From assembly GCF_009914755.1 (NCBI RefSeq), contig NC_060945.1: a stretch of DNA of 64,000 nt; one strand, 5' to 3'. The DNA is from the human T2T-CHM13v2.0 reference genome, Homo sapiens. A model generated the notes under the pieces. That model was given only the letters and a program-made list of their open reading frames with translations. It ran no database searches and was not told where the DNA came from. Position numbers and translations under genes: made by a program. Shown in pieces: positions 1 through 12,262 of this stretch; positions within the stretch are counted from its first letter, which is position 1, and every line of letters starts with the position of its first letter.

Positions 1-246
1 TGTTAGAATTATTTTAGGATCTGCTGTTTGCTATGCTTTCTGTTTTTACACGTAATTTCTTCTCAATATTTTCTTTACACCTTCCATGATCCATCTCTTT
101 CAAAAGATGGTTTAATAATTTATTTTTAGTATCTATTTTGACATGTTACCTTGCTCATGTTTAAGGTTTTCCATTAATTACTCAAAGAAAGATAAAGTAG
201 GGTAAACAGTGAATAAGAACAGAGAAAATGGGATTGATACCAGCTA

Positions 247-352
247 CAGGTTGAGCATTACCAATCTGGAAATTCATAATTTGAAATATTCCTAATTCTG
301 AAATTTTCTGAGCACCAACATGATACCACGGGTGGAAAATTCTACCCCTAAC
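247..352 (+). mobile_element. Tigger4b (MER46-type) DNA transposon, 5' part
   Basis: Starts TA|CAGGTTGAGCATT (Tigger4 TIR); continues ...GGTGGAAAATTCTACCCCTAAC, which joins CTCATGTGAC at 8169 once the provirus is removed. Confidence 0.8.
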
Positions 353-1132
353 TCTTACCGGGGGTCCTTGCTCACAGAGCTCCTCAGATGGTGGCGAGCC
401 ACTTCCAAGATGGTGGTAGGCCACTTCCAAGATGGTGGCTAGCCTCGTGTTCTCTGACCTGGGGTTCTTGGCCTCACAGATTCCAAGGAATGGAATCTTG
501 GGCCGTGCGGTGAGTGTTATAGCTCTATTAGAAGCCATGGGTCATGGAAGAGAACCGTGGAACCCAGTGACTAGTGTTCAGCTCAATTAGGATGAACCTG
601 GGCACTTAGCCGTGCAGGAACAACGGCAAGCCTTTAGCCCAATCAGGATTGGCAATGGGTGCCTCGCTGGTTCAGGAGCACAGCGGACAGCCTGCCGGAT
701 CCGGAGGGATGGGAGTCAGTGGCAGGTCTGCGACAGCGGCAAACAGCAGTGGTGGAAAGCGAGCGAAAGCTCAGCTCGAGCCGTAACAAACATGGACCAG
801 AAGAATGCAGTTGCAAGATTTAGTAGAGTGAAATAGAGTGAAAACAGAGCTCCCATACAAAGGCAGGGGACCCAAAGGGGGTTGCCGTTGCCAGCTTGAA
901 TGCCTGGGTTTACATCCTGATCCTTGTCCCTCCTGCTGTGCTCTCAGGCAATAGATGATTGGCTATTTCTTTACCTCCTGTTTTTGCCTAATTAGCATTT
1001 TAGTGAGCTCTCTGACTGGTTGGGTGTGAGCTAAGTTGCGAGCCCCATGTTTAAAAGTGGATGCGGTCACCTTCCCAGCTAGGCTTAGGGATTCTTAGTC
1101 AGCCTAGGAAATCCAGCTAGTCCTGTCTCTCA
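353..1132 (-). mobile_element. LTR17 3' LTR (780 bp)
   Basis: Minus strand begins TGAGAGACAGGACTAGCTGGATTTCCTAGG and ends ...CCCCCGGTAAGA (terminal CA mutated); PPT-like tract precedes it at ~1133-1150. Confidence 0.95.
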
Positions 1133-1190
1133 GTACCCGCCCTCAACAGGAAAACCCAAGTGCTGTTGGGGAGGTTGGCCAATGACAGCT

Positions 1191-1424
1191 CTAACTGCTT
1201 CCTGCTGAATTGGGGCATAGTAGGGGTTGGGCAGTTGTGATTTCCTTGGGAGGGGTGCCTTCGATGTCATTAATATCGGAGCATGGGCTAGCAGGCCAGT
1301 CTAGGGGCCCGCGGTGGATCTTAGTCATGGACTGCATCTGGGGCCCCATTTGAAGAACTATTTGTAGTTTTACAGTTTTGATTCTGGAAGAGACAAACTT
1401 AACAAGGAGGTTAAAGATACAGGG
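1191..1424 (-). pseudogene. env: HERV-W env remnant: end of TM anchor and cytoplasmic tail
   Basis: Manual translation PCIFNLLVKFVSSRIKTVKLQIVLQMGPQMQSMTKIHRGPLDWPASPCSDINDIEGTPPKEITTAQPLLCPNSAGSS*, matching the HERV-W Env C-terminus. Confidence 0.92.
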
Positions 1425-1447
1425 ATTGAAATGTATGGCCTGCAGTG

Positions 1448-4039
1448 CAGGGGATTATTTCTTTGGCATACTTCACAGGCCCTGACTATCTGCTTGATAG
1501 TTTTGAAAAGGCCTGGTCCAGTAAATAATAATTTGGCCATCTGATGGGTGCTATCAATGCCTAAGTGGAAGGTTTGGTGATAAGTAATTTCTATTGGTTA
1601 GCTGCAGACAAAAGTATTTCTCCTTCTTCAGTGGCTAGCCATCTGGAGGGGAGGAAAGTATGTCCTTGTGAGGTTCCCTATTCTATTTTTCCTGCTGAAT
1701 GCTGGGGCTTGGTTTCCTGGAGGGGATTACCCTATACTAGGGGTCCTTCTATAAGCATTTCTAATGGAGGGTCCTGCCTTGCGGCTCTTTTGACTTGAGT
1801 ATCCGCTTGGTGGTTCCTTTCTATTTTCCTTTCTTTTCCTTTCTGATGACCTTGGCAGTGTAAGATTGTTACCTCTTTAGGTTTCTGTACAGCCAATAAT
1901 AATCTCCTAATGGCTTCCTGATGTTTGATACGTGTTCCTTCGGAAGTTAGGAATTCCTTTTCTCTCTACATTGTTGCATGGGCATGGAGGAGTAGGTAAG
2001 CATGCTTAGAGGCTGTATATATATTTACCTTTTTTCTTTCTCCTAATTCTAGTGCCCAAGTGAGGGCTATTAGTTCTGCCAGCTGAGCACTAGTTCTTGG
2101 AGTGAGGGGATTACTTTTAAGTATTCCATTATCACTGACCACTGCATAGCTCACTTTTAGAAGTTTCCTTGTAGAAAAAGGACTTCAATCAGTATACAAG
2201 TTGAGGTCAGGATCAGTCAAGGGAAACTAAAAGGTCCCCTCTAGTGGCATAGGTTTGAGCAATTACTTGTTGACAGTTATGTTCTAACTTTTCTTCATTG
2301 TCTGAAAGAAATGTGGCTGGGTTAAGAGTTGCACAAGTGCGCAGTCGCAGCACTGGCCCTTTAAGTAATAGAGCCTGATATTTAAGTAAATGGTTGTCTG
2401 ACAGCCACGAGTCTCCTTTAGCAGTGAGTATGCCATTCACATCATGAGATGTTCACACAGTAAGATCCCTTCCCTGTATTATTTTAACTGCTTCAGACAC
2501 TAAGACTGCTACTGCTGCCACTACCCGTAAACAATGAGGCCAACCCTTTGCCACTACATCTATTTCCTTACTTAGCTATGCCACAGGTTGCAAGCTCATC
2601 CTTTGGACCCGTGTAAGGACTCCTAGAGCTATTCCTGTTTTTTCTGTGACATATAAAGAAAAGTCTTGCCCGGTTGGCAAGCTCAACACTGGGGCTTGGG
2701 TTAGGGCCTTCTTTAGGGCCTGGAAAGCCGCTTCTGCTTCAGGTGTCCATCTTACTAAATGGGTATTGGCTTTCTGAGTTTCCTTAATTAGTGTATATAA
2801 TGGTCTGGCTATTTCGCAGTACTTAGGAATCCATATTCGGCAGAAAACTGTTATGCCAAGGAACCCTCTTAGTTGCTTTAGGGTTTTGGGATGAGGATAA
2901 GCCAGTATAGGCTGGATACGTTCCTCACTGAGGGCCCTGGTGCCTTTGGATAATTTTAGCCCTAAATATTTAACCTGCTGTGAGCAGAGCTGAGCCTTTC
3001 ATTTGGAAACCTTGTAGCCACAGGTAGCGAGGAAATTAAAGAGTGCTTGGGTGGCTTGATGGCACAAGGTTTCTGAACGGGTGGCTAAAATTAAATCATC
3101 CCTGTACCGAAGGAAGAGTGTCCAGGTGTGAGAATTGGCTCAAGTCATGGGCTAATGCCTGGCCAAATAGATGGGGGCTATCCTTGAACTTTTGGGGTAA
3201 AACAGTCCAGGTGAATTGAGACGTTGGGTTCGAAGAATCCTCAAAGGCAAACAAGAATTGAGAGTTAGGATGTACAGGGATGCAGAAAAAGGCATCTTTA
3301 AGGTCCAGAACTGTAAACCACTCTGCTTCCTCTAGTATTTGGGAAAGCAGAGTATAAGGGTGAGGTACAGCTGGGTATAGAGGGACAACGGCCTCATTGA
3401 TAACCCTGAGATCTTGCACTAACCTCCACTGTCCGTTGGGTTTCTGTACTCATAAAATTGGAGTATTGCAGGTGCTACTGCATGCTTTTACTAGGCCTTG
3501 GGCTTTTAGGTCCTTAACAATCTTTTGGAGTCCTTGTTGGGCCTTGGGTCTAAGGGGTACTGCCTTTGGTAGGGAAAGGAGGTGGAATCCTTTAGTTTAA
3601 CTTGAACAGGATGGGCATTCTTTGCTCATCTATATTGTCCCTCCGTTGCCTAGACTTCAGGATTAATTCCTTCCTCAAGCAGGGGACAACAAATGGGTGT
3701 TCCTTCTCCTATGTTCAGGTGTATAATGGCCCTTGCTTTTGCTAGAATGTCTCTCCTTAATAAGGGAGTGGGGCTTTCAGGCATAATTAGAAAAGCATGT
3801 GAAAAGAGTAAAGCTCCACAGTCACAGCTTAGTGGCTGGGAGAAGTATCTAGTGACTGGCTGTCCTAGGACTCCTCAGATAGTGACAGATCTGGAGGACA
3901 GTTGTCTGGGACAGGAGAGTAAGACTGAGAAGGCCGTGCCAGTGTCCAGGAGACAGTTAACCTCCTGGCCCTCAATGGTCAAGCATATCTGGGGCCCTGT
4001 GAGGGTGACAGCATGGGCTGGCACTTGCCCCGGGCACCC
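1448..4039 (-). pseudogene. pol: HERV-W pro-pol (protease, RT, RNase H, N-terminal integrase only), frameshifted with stops
   Basis: Protease LLDTG ~3932-3951; RT QDLRVINE..LDLKDAFF..LPQKFKDSP (ORF 3096-3419) with YRDD after a frameshift ~3095-3106; RNase H SAQLAELIAL (1966-2154); integrase ends CEVCQRNNPL at 1448. Confidence 0.93.
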
Positions 4040-5499
4040 TCAGTCCTGCTGCTGAATCATCTAGTTAGTGGCTTCTGACTCAGAGGAGCTTCATCCCCTG
4101 GGGCAGTGGACCTTCCAGTGATTCCTTTGACAGAAGGGGCATGGACGAGGGGGGAGCTTACTTCTACTTGGACAATCTTTTTTTAAAGTGTCCTTGTACA
4201 CCGCACTGGAAGCAAGCCCTATTAGGCATTCGATTTGCCCAGCTTTTCCCTTTTCCAGAGCCTCCAAAGTCCACTTGCCTGAGGACCATGACTAAAGCGG
4301 TGGTCTTTTTTTTTATCCCATTTGTCCCGTTCCGCCTACTCCTCCTGATCTCTATTATAAAAAACAGAGGTTGCCAAGATCAATAGGGTTTCTAAGTTTT
4401 GCTCCAGGCCTAAGGTGGACTTTTGAAGCTTTTTTTCTGATGTCTGAAGCTGACTGAGTGATAAACTTATCCTTTAAGATTAATTGGCCTTCAATAGAGT
4501 CAGGTGACAGAGAGGTATGCTTCCTCAATGCCCCCCTTAGTGTCTCCAGAAAGGCAGTAGGATTTTCTTCCTTTCCCTGTGTTATAGTGGACATCATCGA
4601 ATAATTCATAGGCTTCTTCCTAGTTTTCCTTAGTCCTTCTAGCACGTAAGTTAGCTAATGTCTGCAGTACCATGTTCTGATTCTGTGTCCCAGTGAGGAT
4701 CTACACTGGGAACTGCCTGCTGGCCTGTGGGGAATCGTTCTCTTTCCTCTGTTGTCATCCTATCATTGACCTGACTGAGATACCAGAGATCGTCAAACTC
4801 TCGGGCTGCAGTTATGGTGGCACTTCTCTCATTTGGGGTTAGTGTCTGATTTAGCAGTAACATTATATCTCTCCATTGCAGATCAAAGGATTGTCCTAAC
4901 CCTTGTAAAACATCAATATAGCCATCAGGATTATCTGAGAATTTACCTAGGTCTATTTTAATTTGCTTTAAGTCTGAGAGAGAAAAAGGTACATGCACTC
5001 TGGCTGGGCTGAATTCTCTTCCTACCACTGCTTGGAGGGGACATAATCAGGGAATATTGGCACTGTTTGGTTCATTGTTCATCCCTTTGTCTATCTCCTT
5101 TGGACCACTTGGGTAACAGGGGGTCCTTATTGGTTGGGGAAGGAGTCGGGGGCATGCTGGGATAGGCAGGTAGACTCTGAGGGCTTCCTGTAGGGCATAA
5201 ACCACACTTTTTACATAATTGCGAGTTGTCTCTTAATGAAAATAAAGTTTGCACCTATGGCACTTCACTACATTTGCCCTCCTTTCTACAGAAGAGATCT
5301 AGCAGTAAGATGTTGTTATAATTTATACTTCTCTCAGGAGGCCAGGTTTCTCCCCCTTGAAGAGGGTATCGTGGCCAGGCGGTACTGCAGAAGAATATAA
5401 GTCATTTCTTTCTTAGCGTCTGAGGGTCAAATTGGTCCTAATTCTCCAGAATACATCTTAGGGGCGTTTTTGCCTTGGGGTGGGGGGAACGTTTCCCAT
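4040..5499 (-). pseudogene. gag: HERV-W gag, disrupted
   Basis: ATG GGA AAC GTT (MGNV) at 5499 right after a splice acceptor; CA fragments (ORFs 4651-5028, 4355-4645 with QGKEENPTAFL); zinc knuckle CFQCGVQGHFKKDC; TGA at 4040-4042. Confidence 0.92.
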
Positions 5500-5909
5500 C
5501 TGAAAAAAGAACATAGGGATGCCAGCACCCCTAGTCATTTTCCGATGAGCATTAGCCCTAGAGCGTCCTCTAAGGGCCTAATGCTTATTCTTTTCCAGGG
5601 TGAGTAACCACCCATGGACCTCTGCTTATCGGATTAGTTATGCTCACCGATGTAGCAGTCCTGCACCTGTTTTCCCGCCTCCCTTGACCACAAAGAAAGG
5701 GGTCCGGGCTGCTGGATTCTAGTGGTCCTTTACCAGCATGCCCAACATTGCCTTTGCGACCAGGGGTGAGTCCTAGAGCTTGGCTGGGTTCCTGAGCATT
5801 TCATAACCACCTAGCTGCCCCATTAAGATGCATTCCTATAAAAGCAGTTCTTATGAAAATTTATTTCAAAGAGGGCATAGGTAACCTTTTGAGTAAGGAT
5901 TGAGAAGTC

Positions 5910-6480
5910 TTTTTGATTCTGTAAGTATTTTAAGGCTTGTCTGAGTGGAAACAGCTGGCATGTTTAAGGAGACAAATTTTTAGGCAATTTTTCTAACTGC
6001 TTCCACAAGAGTCTCTGTATCAATTACTGAATACCCATTGTGGTTTTTTTCCTCAATCACCTGGGAGGAACCATCTATCATCTATCGTCCTGTCCTGAAG
6101 GGAGTTCCTCCTAGGTCTGGTCGGACCTTTGTGTGGTAATTAAGATTTAAATCCTCTGTTAGGAAATCTGCTGGGTTAAGGGAATTATCAGTGGTTGGAG
6201 TTACATTACCCTTTTCTAACAGGATAGCCCCATACTTTAAGATTTTTGAGTTAGTAAGATATCCTTTTTGCTTTTTCGACTTAGAAAACTGGCGAGGTGT
6301 TCTCACAATGAGGTTTCCTCTAAAAGTTATTTTTCTACTTTTAGCAAAGCAGTTGCTGCTACAGATCGAATGCATCTGCGGGTTACTGGGTTAAGGATTT
6401 TTGATAGGAAAGCTACGGGTTGTCAGTGGTCTCAGTGATTTCAGGCTACGCCCTTGTTTACACTGACAACAAGGTAGTAT
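5910..6480 (-). pseudogene. Divergent retroviral pol fragment (RT connection + RNase H) in the pre-gag leader
   Basis: QPVAFLSKILNPVT, YLTNSKILKYGAILLE..LNPADFL, VRPDL, IDGSSQV..GYSVID, RQALKYLQ motifs in the order expected for gammaretroviral Pol. Confidence 0.8.
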
Positions 6481-6569
6481 TGCAGTGTTATAGGGTCACG
6501 CAGAAGACCTTCAATTACCAATTATAGATTTTAAATTTACCCTGGCTTTTAAAGGAATAGGGCACACTG

Positions 6570-6720
6570 GTTTTTTTTTTTCTTTACTTTTTTTTTTTTT
6601 TTTTACTATTTCTATCTTTTTCTTTCTTTTTCTCTTTGACTCCTTCTTTATCTCTCTCTCTCTCCGTCTCTCTTTCTGTCTCTCTGTCTCTCTCTCTCTC
6701 CGTCTCTCTCTCTCTCTCTT
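6570..6720. repeat. Poly-T and (TC)n tract (AG-rich expansion of the HERV-W leader)
   Basis: Long pyrimidine run on the + strand; accounts for the R/E/K-rich spurious ORF 6511-6732. Confidence 0.9.
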
Positions 6721-7383
6721 AGCCATTAACAAACTTGGGGCCCTGGCAAGGATGGTGTGGAACGGGTCCCACGTAACTGCCCATGTTGAGAGCTGTATAC
6801 CTAAATCAGAAGGGACACCAGGGATAAGACTCCCTGGGTTATAGCCTAGGTGCTTAAGGACGCAGAGTAGAGCTTCCTTAGATCCCTTTGGAGATACAAC
6901 TTGCTAGAGGAATTAAAAGTCTGAACCATCAGTACCTAGGAGGCAGGGATCAGAGGACGTAGATTCAGAGGTAAGGAGAATATTGGGGCTACACTTTCAA
7001 GAAAGTCGTGGTTGGGACCCAGGAGGTATGGGTCAGAAGGAAAGGTAAGAGGCACATGCATGGGAGACTGTTAAAGAGACTTCTGGCTGCACCATGATCT
7101 CAACCGGCTACCGCCGGGAGCTCGGGACAACAGCTTTCTGCCTCTAGTTGGCCCTCGACTTCCCCAAGAAAATTGAAAGTGGAAGCTACCTCCAGATTGT
7201 CCAATGTCCCCAACCCAGAAGGGTTGGGGGTTGTTAGAAAGCCCTTCCCCAGATAGCCTCACACCTGGGTCTTAAGTCTGGCGGCCACGCTAATCATTTT
7301 TAACTGGCTGACAAGTGCCCGGTATTTTCCTTCAATTCTAAGAAAGGATAGGACAGAAGAGCAAGTGAAAGTGGTCCAATATT

Positions 7384-7420
7384 ACTCACCGCTTTGGAGG
7401 TTCCTTCCTGGTTGCCAAAA
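7384..7420 (-). promoter_or_regulatory. HERV-W primer-binding site and major splice donor
   Basis: Minus strand TTTTGGCAACCAGGAAGGAAC (PBS, HERV-W type) followed by CCAAAGCG|GTGAGT, with the donor at 7390/7389. Confidence 0.85.
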
Positions 7421-8164
<744 letters not shown>

Positions 8165-8402
8165 TAACCTCATGTGACTAGGCACAGTGAAAAAGCAGTC
8201 GAAGCTTCATTTGCACAAAGTTATTGAAGACATTATATAAAATTACCTTTAAGCTATATGTATCAATATATATGAAATATAAATGAATTTTGTGTTTAGA
8301 CTTGGGTTTCATTCTTAAGATATCTCATCCTGTATATGTAAATCTTCCCAAATTCCAAACATTTCTGGTCCCAAACATTTCAAATAAGGAATATTCAACC
8401 CA
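8165..8402 (+). mobile_element. Tigger4b DNA transposon, 3' part
   Basis: CTCATGTGAC...TTTAGACTTGGG...TCTGGTCCCAAACATTTCAAATAAGGAATATTCAACC; ends in a TIR followed by TA. Confidence 0.8.
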
Positions 8403-9280
8403 TATGATAGGAGTGCAAAAAGAGAAAAGGATTTGAAAATGAAGAGGGTTAAATGCAAATGTTACTCAGAATAAAATAGATGATATTTTTAGCATTAGCA
8501 ATCTTACATCCTAGCTTCAATATCATTTATAATTTTCAGACTAACAAAGTATCATCACGTTTTTCTCACTGTTAAATAAATGAAATATCTTGTATTATTT
8601 AAAATATATAGCACTAGTTTTTTTATTTTATTATCCGTGTGTGTGTGTATTTGACCACAGAATGTGTAAGATTATAGTTCTTAGAAATAAAAGTCAAGAC
8701 AAGTTATTAAAATAATTAAATATAATATGCAAACTTAAATGTAATTTTATGTAGACCTTTTCTTATTCTGAGACTGCTAAATTTCAGCTATGTGCAATTT
8801 TACAATAACTCCCGGAAGACCATATCTTATTACGGACATCATTATGTTGAAAGTGATACAAATTTAGAACCCCAAATGAAAAAATTAAAAAAAAAATGTT
8901 TATTAGCCTTACTCACTTAGGCTTTCTTGTAGAGGAAATAAGAAATGCTAAAGATTTTGCATAGCAAAGTTGAAGTCTGTTATAACAGTAGGAGAGAAGT
9001 AATATACAAATTCACTTGTTGATATTTTTGAAAGAAAATTCTAAAAGTGTCCTCTTTCAAAATATCAGTACTTTAGAAATGAGGTTCTTTTGTTAAGGTA
9101 ACAAAATTGCCCTGGTTATATTAATTGTGAAATGACTATCTAAAGATTGCAAATAATAATTCAATTGAAAACTTAATTATCAAAAAAAGTTAAATAACAA
9201 AAGTAAACTCCTCAACATCATCTCTCTCTTAAAACCAGTGACTCTTCTTATATTTCTACTCTCAAATTAAAAATGTCATC

Positions 9281-9580
9281 AACAGGCTTAGTGGCTCATG
9301 CCTGTAATCTCAGCACTGTGGGAGGCCCAAGAAGGAAGATCACTTAAGGCCAGAGTTTGAGATCAGCATGGGTAACTCAGTGAGATCCCAGCGCTACAAA
9401 TTTTTTTTTAAATTAGCTGAGTATGGTGTCACTTGCCTGTAGTCCTAGCTATTCTGGAGGCTGAGGTGGGAGGATTGCTTGAGCCCAGAAATTCAAGGCT
9501 GCAGTGAGTAATAATCCCAACACTGCACTCCAGCCTAGGTGACAGAGCAAGACTCTGTCTCAAAAAATAATATAATAAAA
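9281..9580 (+). mobile_element. AluJ
   Basis: Dimeric Alu with AluJ-type GGATTGCTTGAGCCCAG; imperfect TSD around ATGTCATC. Confidence 0.9.
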
Positions 9581-9842
9581 TATGTCATCCCCTCAGGCAC
9601 TCCAGGCAGAAATATATTATTGTAAATTATTTTTTATTTCAACCATTTCATCCAAAGCAGTAATGAAATCCAGCCTATTTAAAATCCCAAGCATTTCTAG
9701 ACTATTTGTTTTTCTCATCTTTCCTATCACCAATGCCTGAATTTAAATTCCCCTTATGTCTTGTCAAGACTGTTAAAATTTTTTTCACCTAGTTTCCTTA
9801 ACTTCAGTATAAATTTCCTCTCACATTTAATTTACTGCATAC

Positions 9843-12218
9843 TGTCTTAGTTCATTTTGTGCTGCTATAACAGAATACCTGAGACTGGGTAATTTATAAC
9901 AGAAATGTATTGGCTGACAGCTCTGGAGCCTGGGAAGTCCTACATCAAGCGACTGGCACCTTGTGAGGTTTTCTTGTTGTGTCATCTCATGGTGGAGGGT
10001 GGAAGGGCACACAGAGGGCCAAACTTGCCTTTTTATAATGACACCAATCCTACCCATGAGGGCAGGTGGAACCCTCATGACCTCATCATCACTCAAAACT
10101 CCCACCTTGTAATACTGTTATAATAGCAATTAAATTTTAACAAGAGTTTCTGATGGGACAAATATTCAAGCCATATCATTCTGCCCTGGCTCACAAAAAC
10201 TAATGTTCTTCTCACATACAAAAATACATTCATTCCATTTCTATAGCCCCAAGTGTTCCAGTATCAACTCAAAATTTCAATGTCTGGAGTCTCATCTAAA
10301 TTATATATGGGTGAGACCCAAGGGTTGATTCATCCTGAGGCAAGTTTCTTTTTAGCTATGAGTTTGTGAAATTAATCAAGTTATGTGCTTCCAAAACACG
10401 ATGGTAGAACAGGCATAAATAGACATTTCCATTCCAAAAGGGAGAAATAAGAAAGAAAAAAGGAAAAACAGGTCCCAAGCAAGTGCAAAACCCAACAAAG
10501 TAAACAATACTAAACCCTAAATCTTGAGAATACCCTTTTTAGACTATATCCTGCTTTAGGGACACATTGAGGTGGTGCTGGGTCCCTTAAGGACCCAGGC
10601 GGTTCTGCCCCTATGGGTTTGCAGGTATTAGCTCATACAACAGCTCCCACAGGTTAGAGTCTTATATCTGCATCTCTCCCAGGCTGACGTTGCATGCTGG
10701 TAGCTCTACAGTTCCAGGGTCTTAGGGGTGGCTGTGCTCCCATGGCTGTAATAGGTGCAGCCCTAGTGGGGACTCTGTAGCAGCTCTGCCCCTGACACAA
10801 ATCTCTGCCTGAACCTCCACACTGTCCACAGCATCCTTTGAAATCTAGGTAGAGAAAGCCATGCTCTCACAACTTTTGCATTTTTTTGCACCTGGAGAAT
10901 TAGCACCCTGTGGATGCTGCCACGGTTTACAGATTGAACTTTCTAGAGCAGCAGTTATAGCCACACCTGAGTCTGCTGGAGTCATATCTTGGGCAGCTGA
11001 GGGTTGCATCAGAACACACAGAATGCTGGAAACAAACATTGAGGCAGCCCTGTGTAGCCCTCATGGTCCTGAGGACACCCTAGGCCTCTCTTTTGATATA
11101 TTTCCTTCCCTCAGGCCTTGGCACTATGGGTCTGTGATGGGAGTTGTGACACAAGTAATCTCGAGAGTGCCTTTGTGGTCATTCTCCCATTGTTCTGGTA
11201 ATCTTCTCTGGCTTTGTTCTTTTTATACTAATTTTCTTATCAAATGTTCCCTTCACCACACTCATTTTCCTGTCCTGGAAAATGCTCTTTCATTTTCCAC
11301 GAAATGGCCAGGTTGAGAATTCTCCAAATCTCTAAACTCTGTTCCCATTTTAATTATCAGTGATGATTTTAAATGATGTCTCCGTTTTCACGTTTTACTG
11401 TATGCTGTTAAAAGAAGCCACATAGCACCTTGAATGCTTTGCTGCTTAGACATTTCTTCTGCCAGATATCCTAGTTCATCACTTAAATTCTGCCTTTCAT
11501 AAAGCCTTTGGGCGTAGACATTATTCCGCAAGATTCTTTCTCCCCTTACAACAGGGTTGGCCTTTTCTACAGTTTACAATACCTAATTCATTTCTTCCAT
11601 CTAAGATGTCATCAGGGTGGCCTTTACCGTCCATATTTTTAACAACATTCTGATTATGACAATGTAGATAATCTCTAAGAAGTACCAGACTTTCCTTACA
11701 ATGGAACGTCCTCTTCTGAGCCCTCACTAGGTTTGTCCTTAATGCTCCTTTAATAGTAATTTAGGTTTTTGTAGCTTGCTCTTCCAAATTCTTCCAGCCT
11801 CAACCCACTACCCAGTTCCAAAACCACTTGCAAGTATTCAGGTATTTGTTACAGCAACACCCTTTGTCCAGTAGTAATTTTCTGTCTCAATCCATTTCAT
11901 GATGCTGTAACAGAATACTGCAGACTGGGCAATTCACAACAAACAGAAATGTATTGGCTCGCAGTTCTGGAGGTTAGGAAGTACGAGATCGAGGTTCAGG
12001 CATCTCAGAAGGGTCTTCTTTTGGTGCCATCCTATGAAAGAAGGTGGAAGGGCAAAGAGAGGGCCAACTTTGTCCTTTATAATGGCACCAGTCCCACCTT
12101 TGAGGACAGAACTCTCGTGGTTTAATCACTTTTTAAGTATCTCATTTTCTGATAATGTTACAATGGCAATGAAATTTTGACATAGGTTTTGGAAGTGACA
12201 AACATTCAAACAACAGCC
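9843..12218 (-). mobile_element. MaLR LTR-int-LTR (MSTD-like)
   Basis: Homologous LTRs at ~9843-10178 and ~11883-12218 (TGTCTTAGTTCATTTTGTGCTGCTATAACAGAATACC...) flanking a MaLR-type internal region. Confidence 0.85.
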
Positions 12219-12262
12219 TAAACTATAGTTAGAAGTATTTCTCTAATACACCCTGACCATAC

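Noticed and set aside
612-836. Paired ORFs 612-836 and 7644-7868 (also 182-538, 7365-7613, 7748-7966)
   Set aside because: They lie inside the two LTR17 copies, so their similarity only reflects LTR duplication; no recognisable protein
6511-6732. R/E/K-rich ORF
   Set aside because: Translation of the (AG)n/poly-A tract
10845-11727. ORFs up to 151 aa in the MST internal region, and many at 44990-47282 and 57245-58929
   Set aside because: Chance or decayed frames in MaLR sequence, overlapping on both strands
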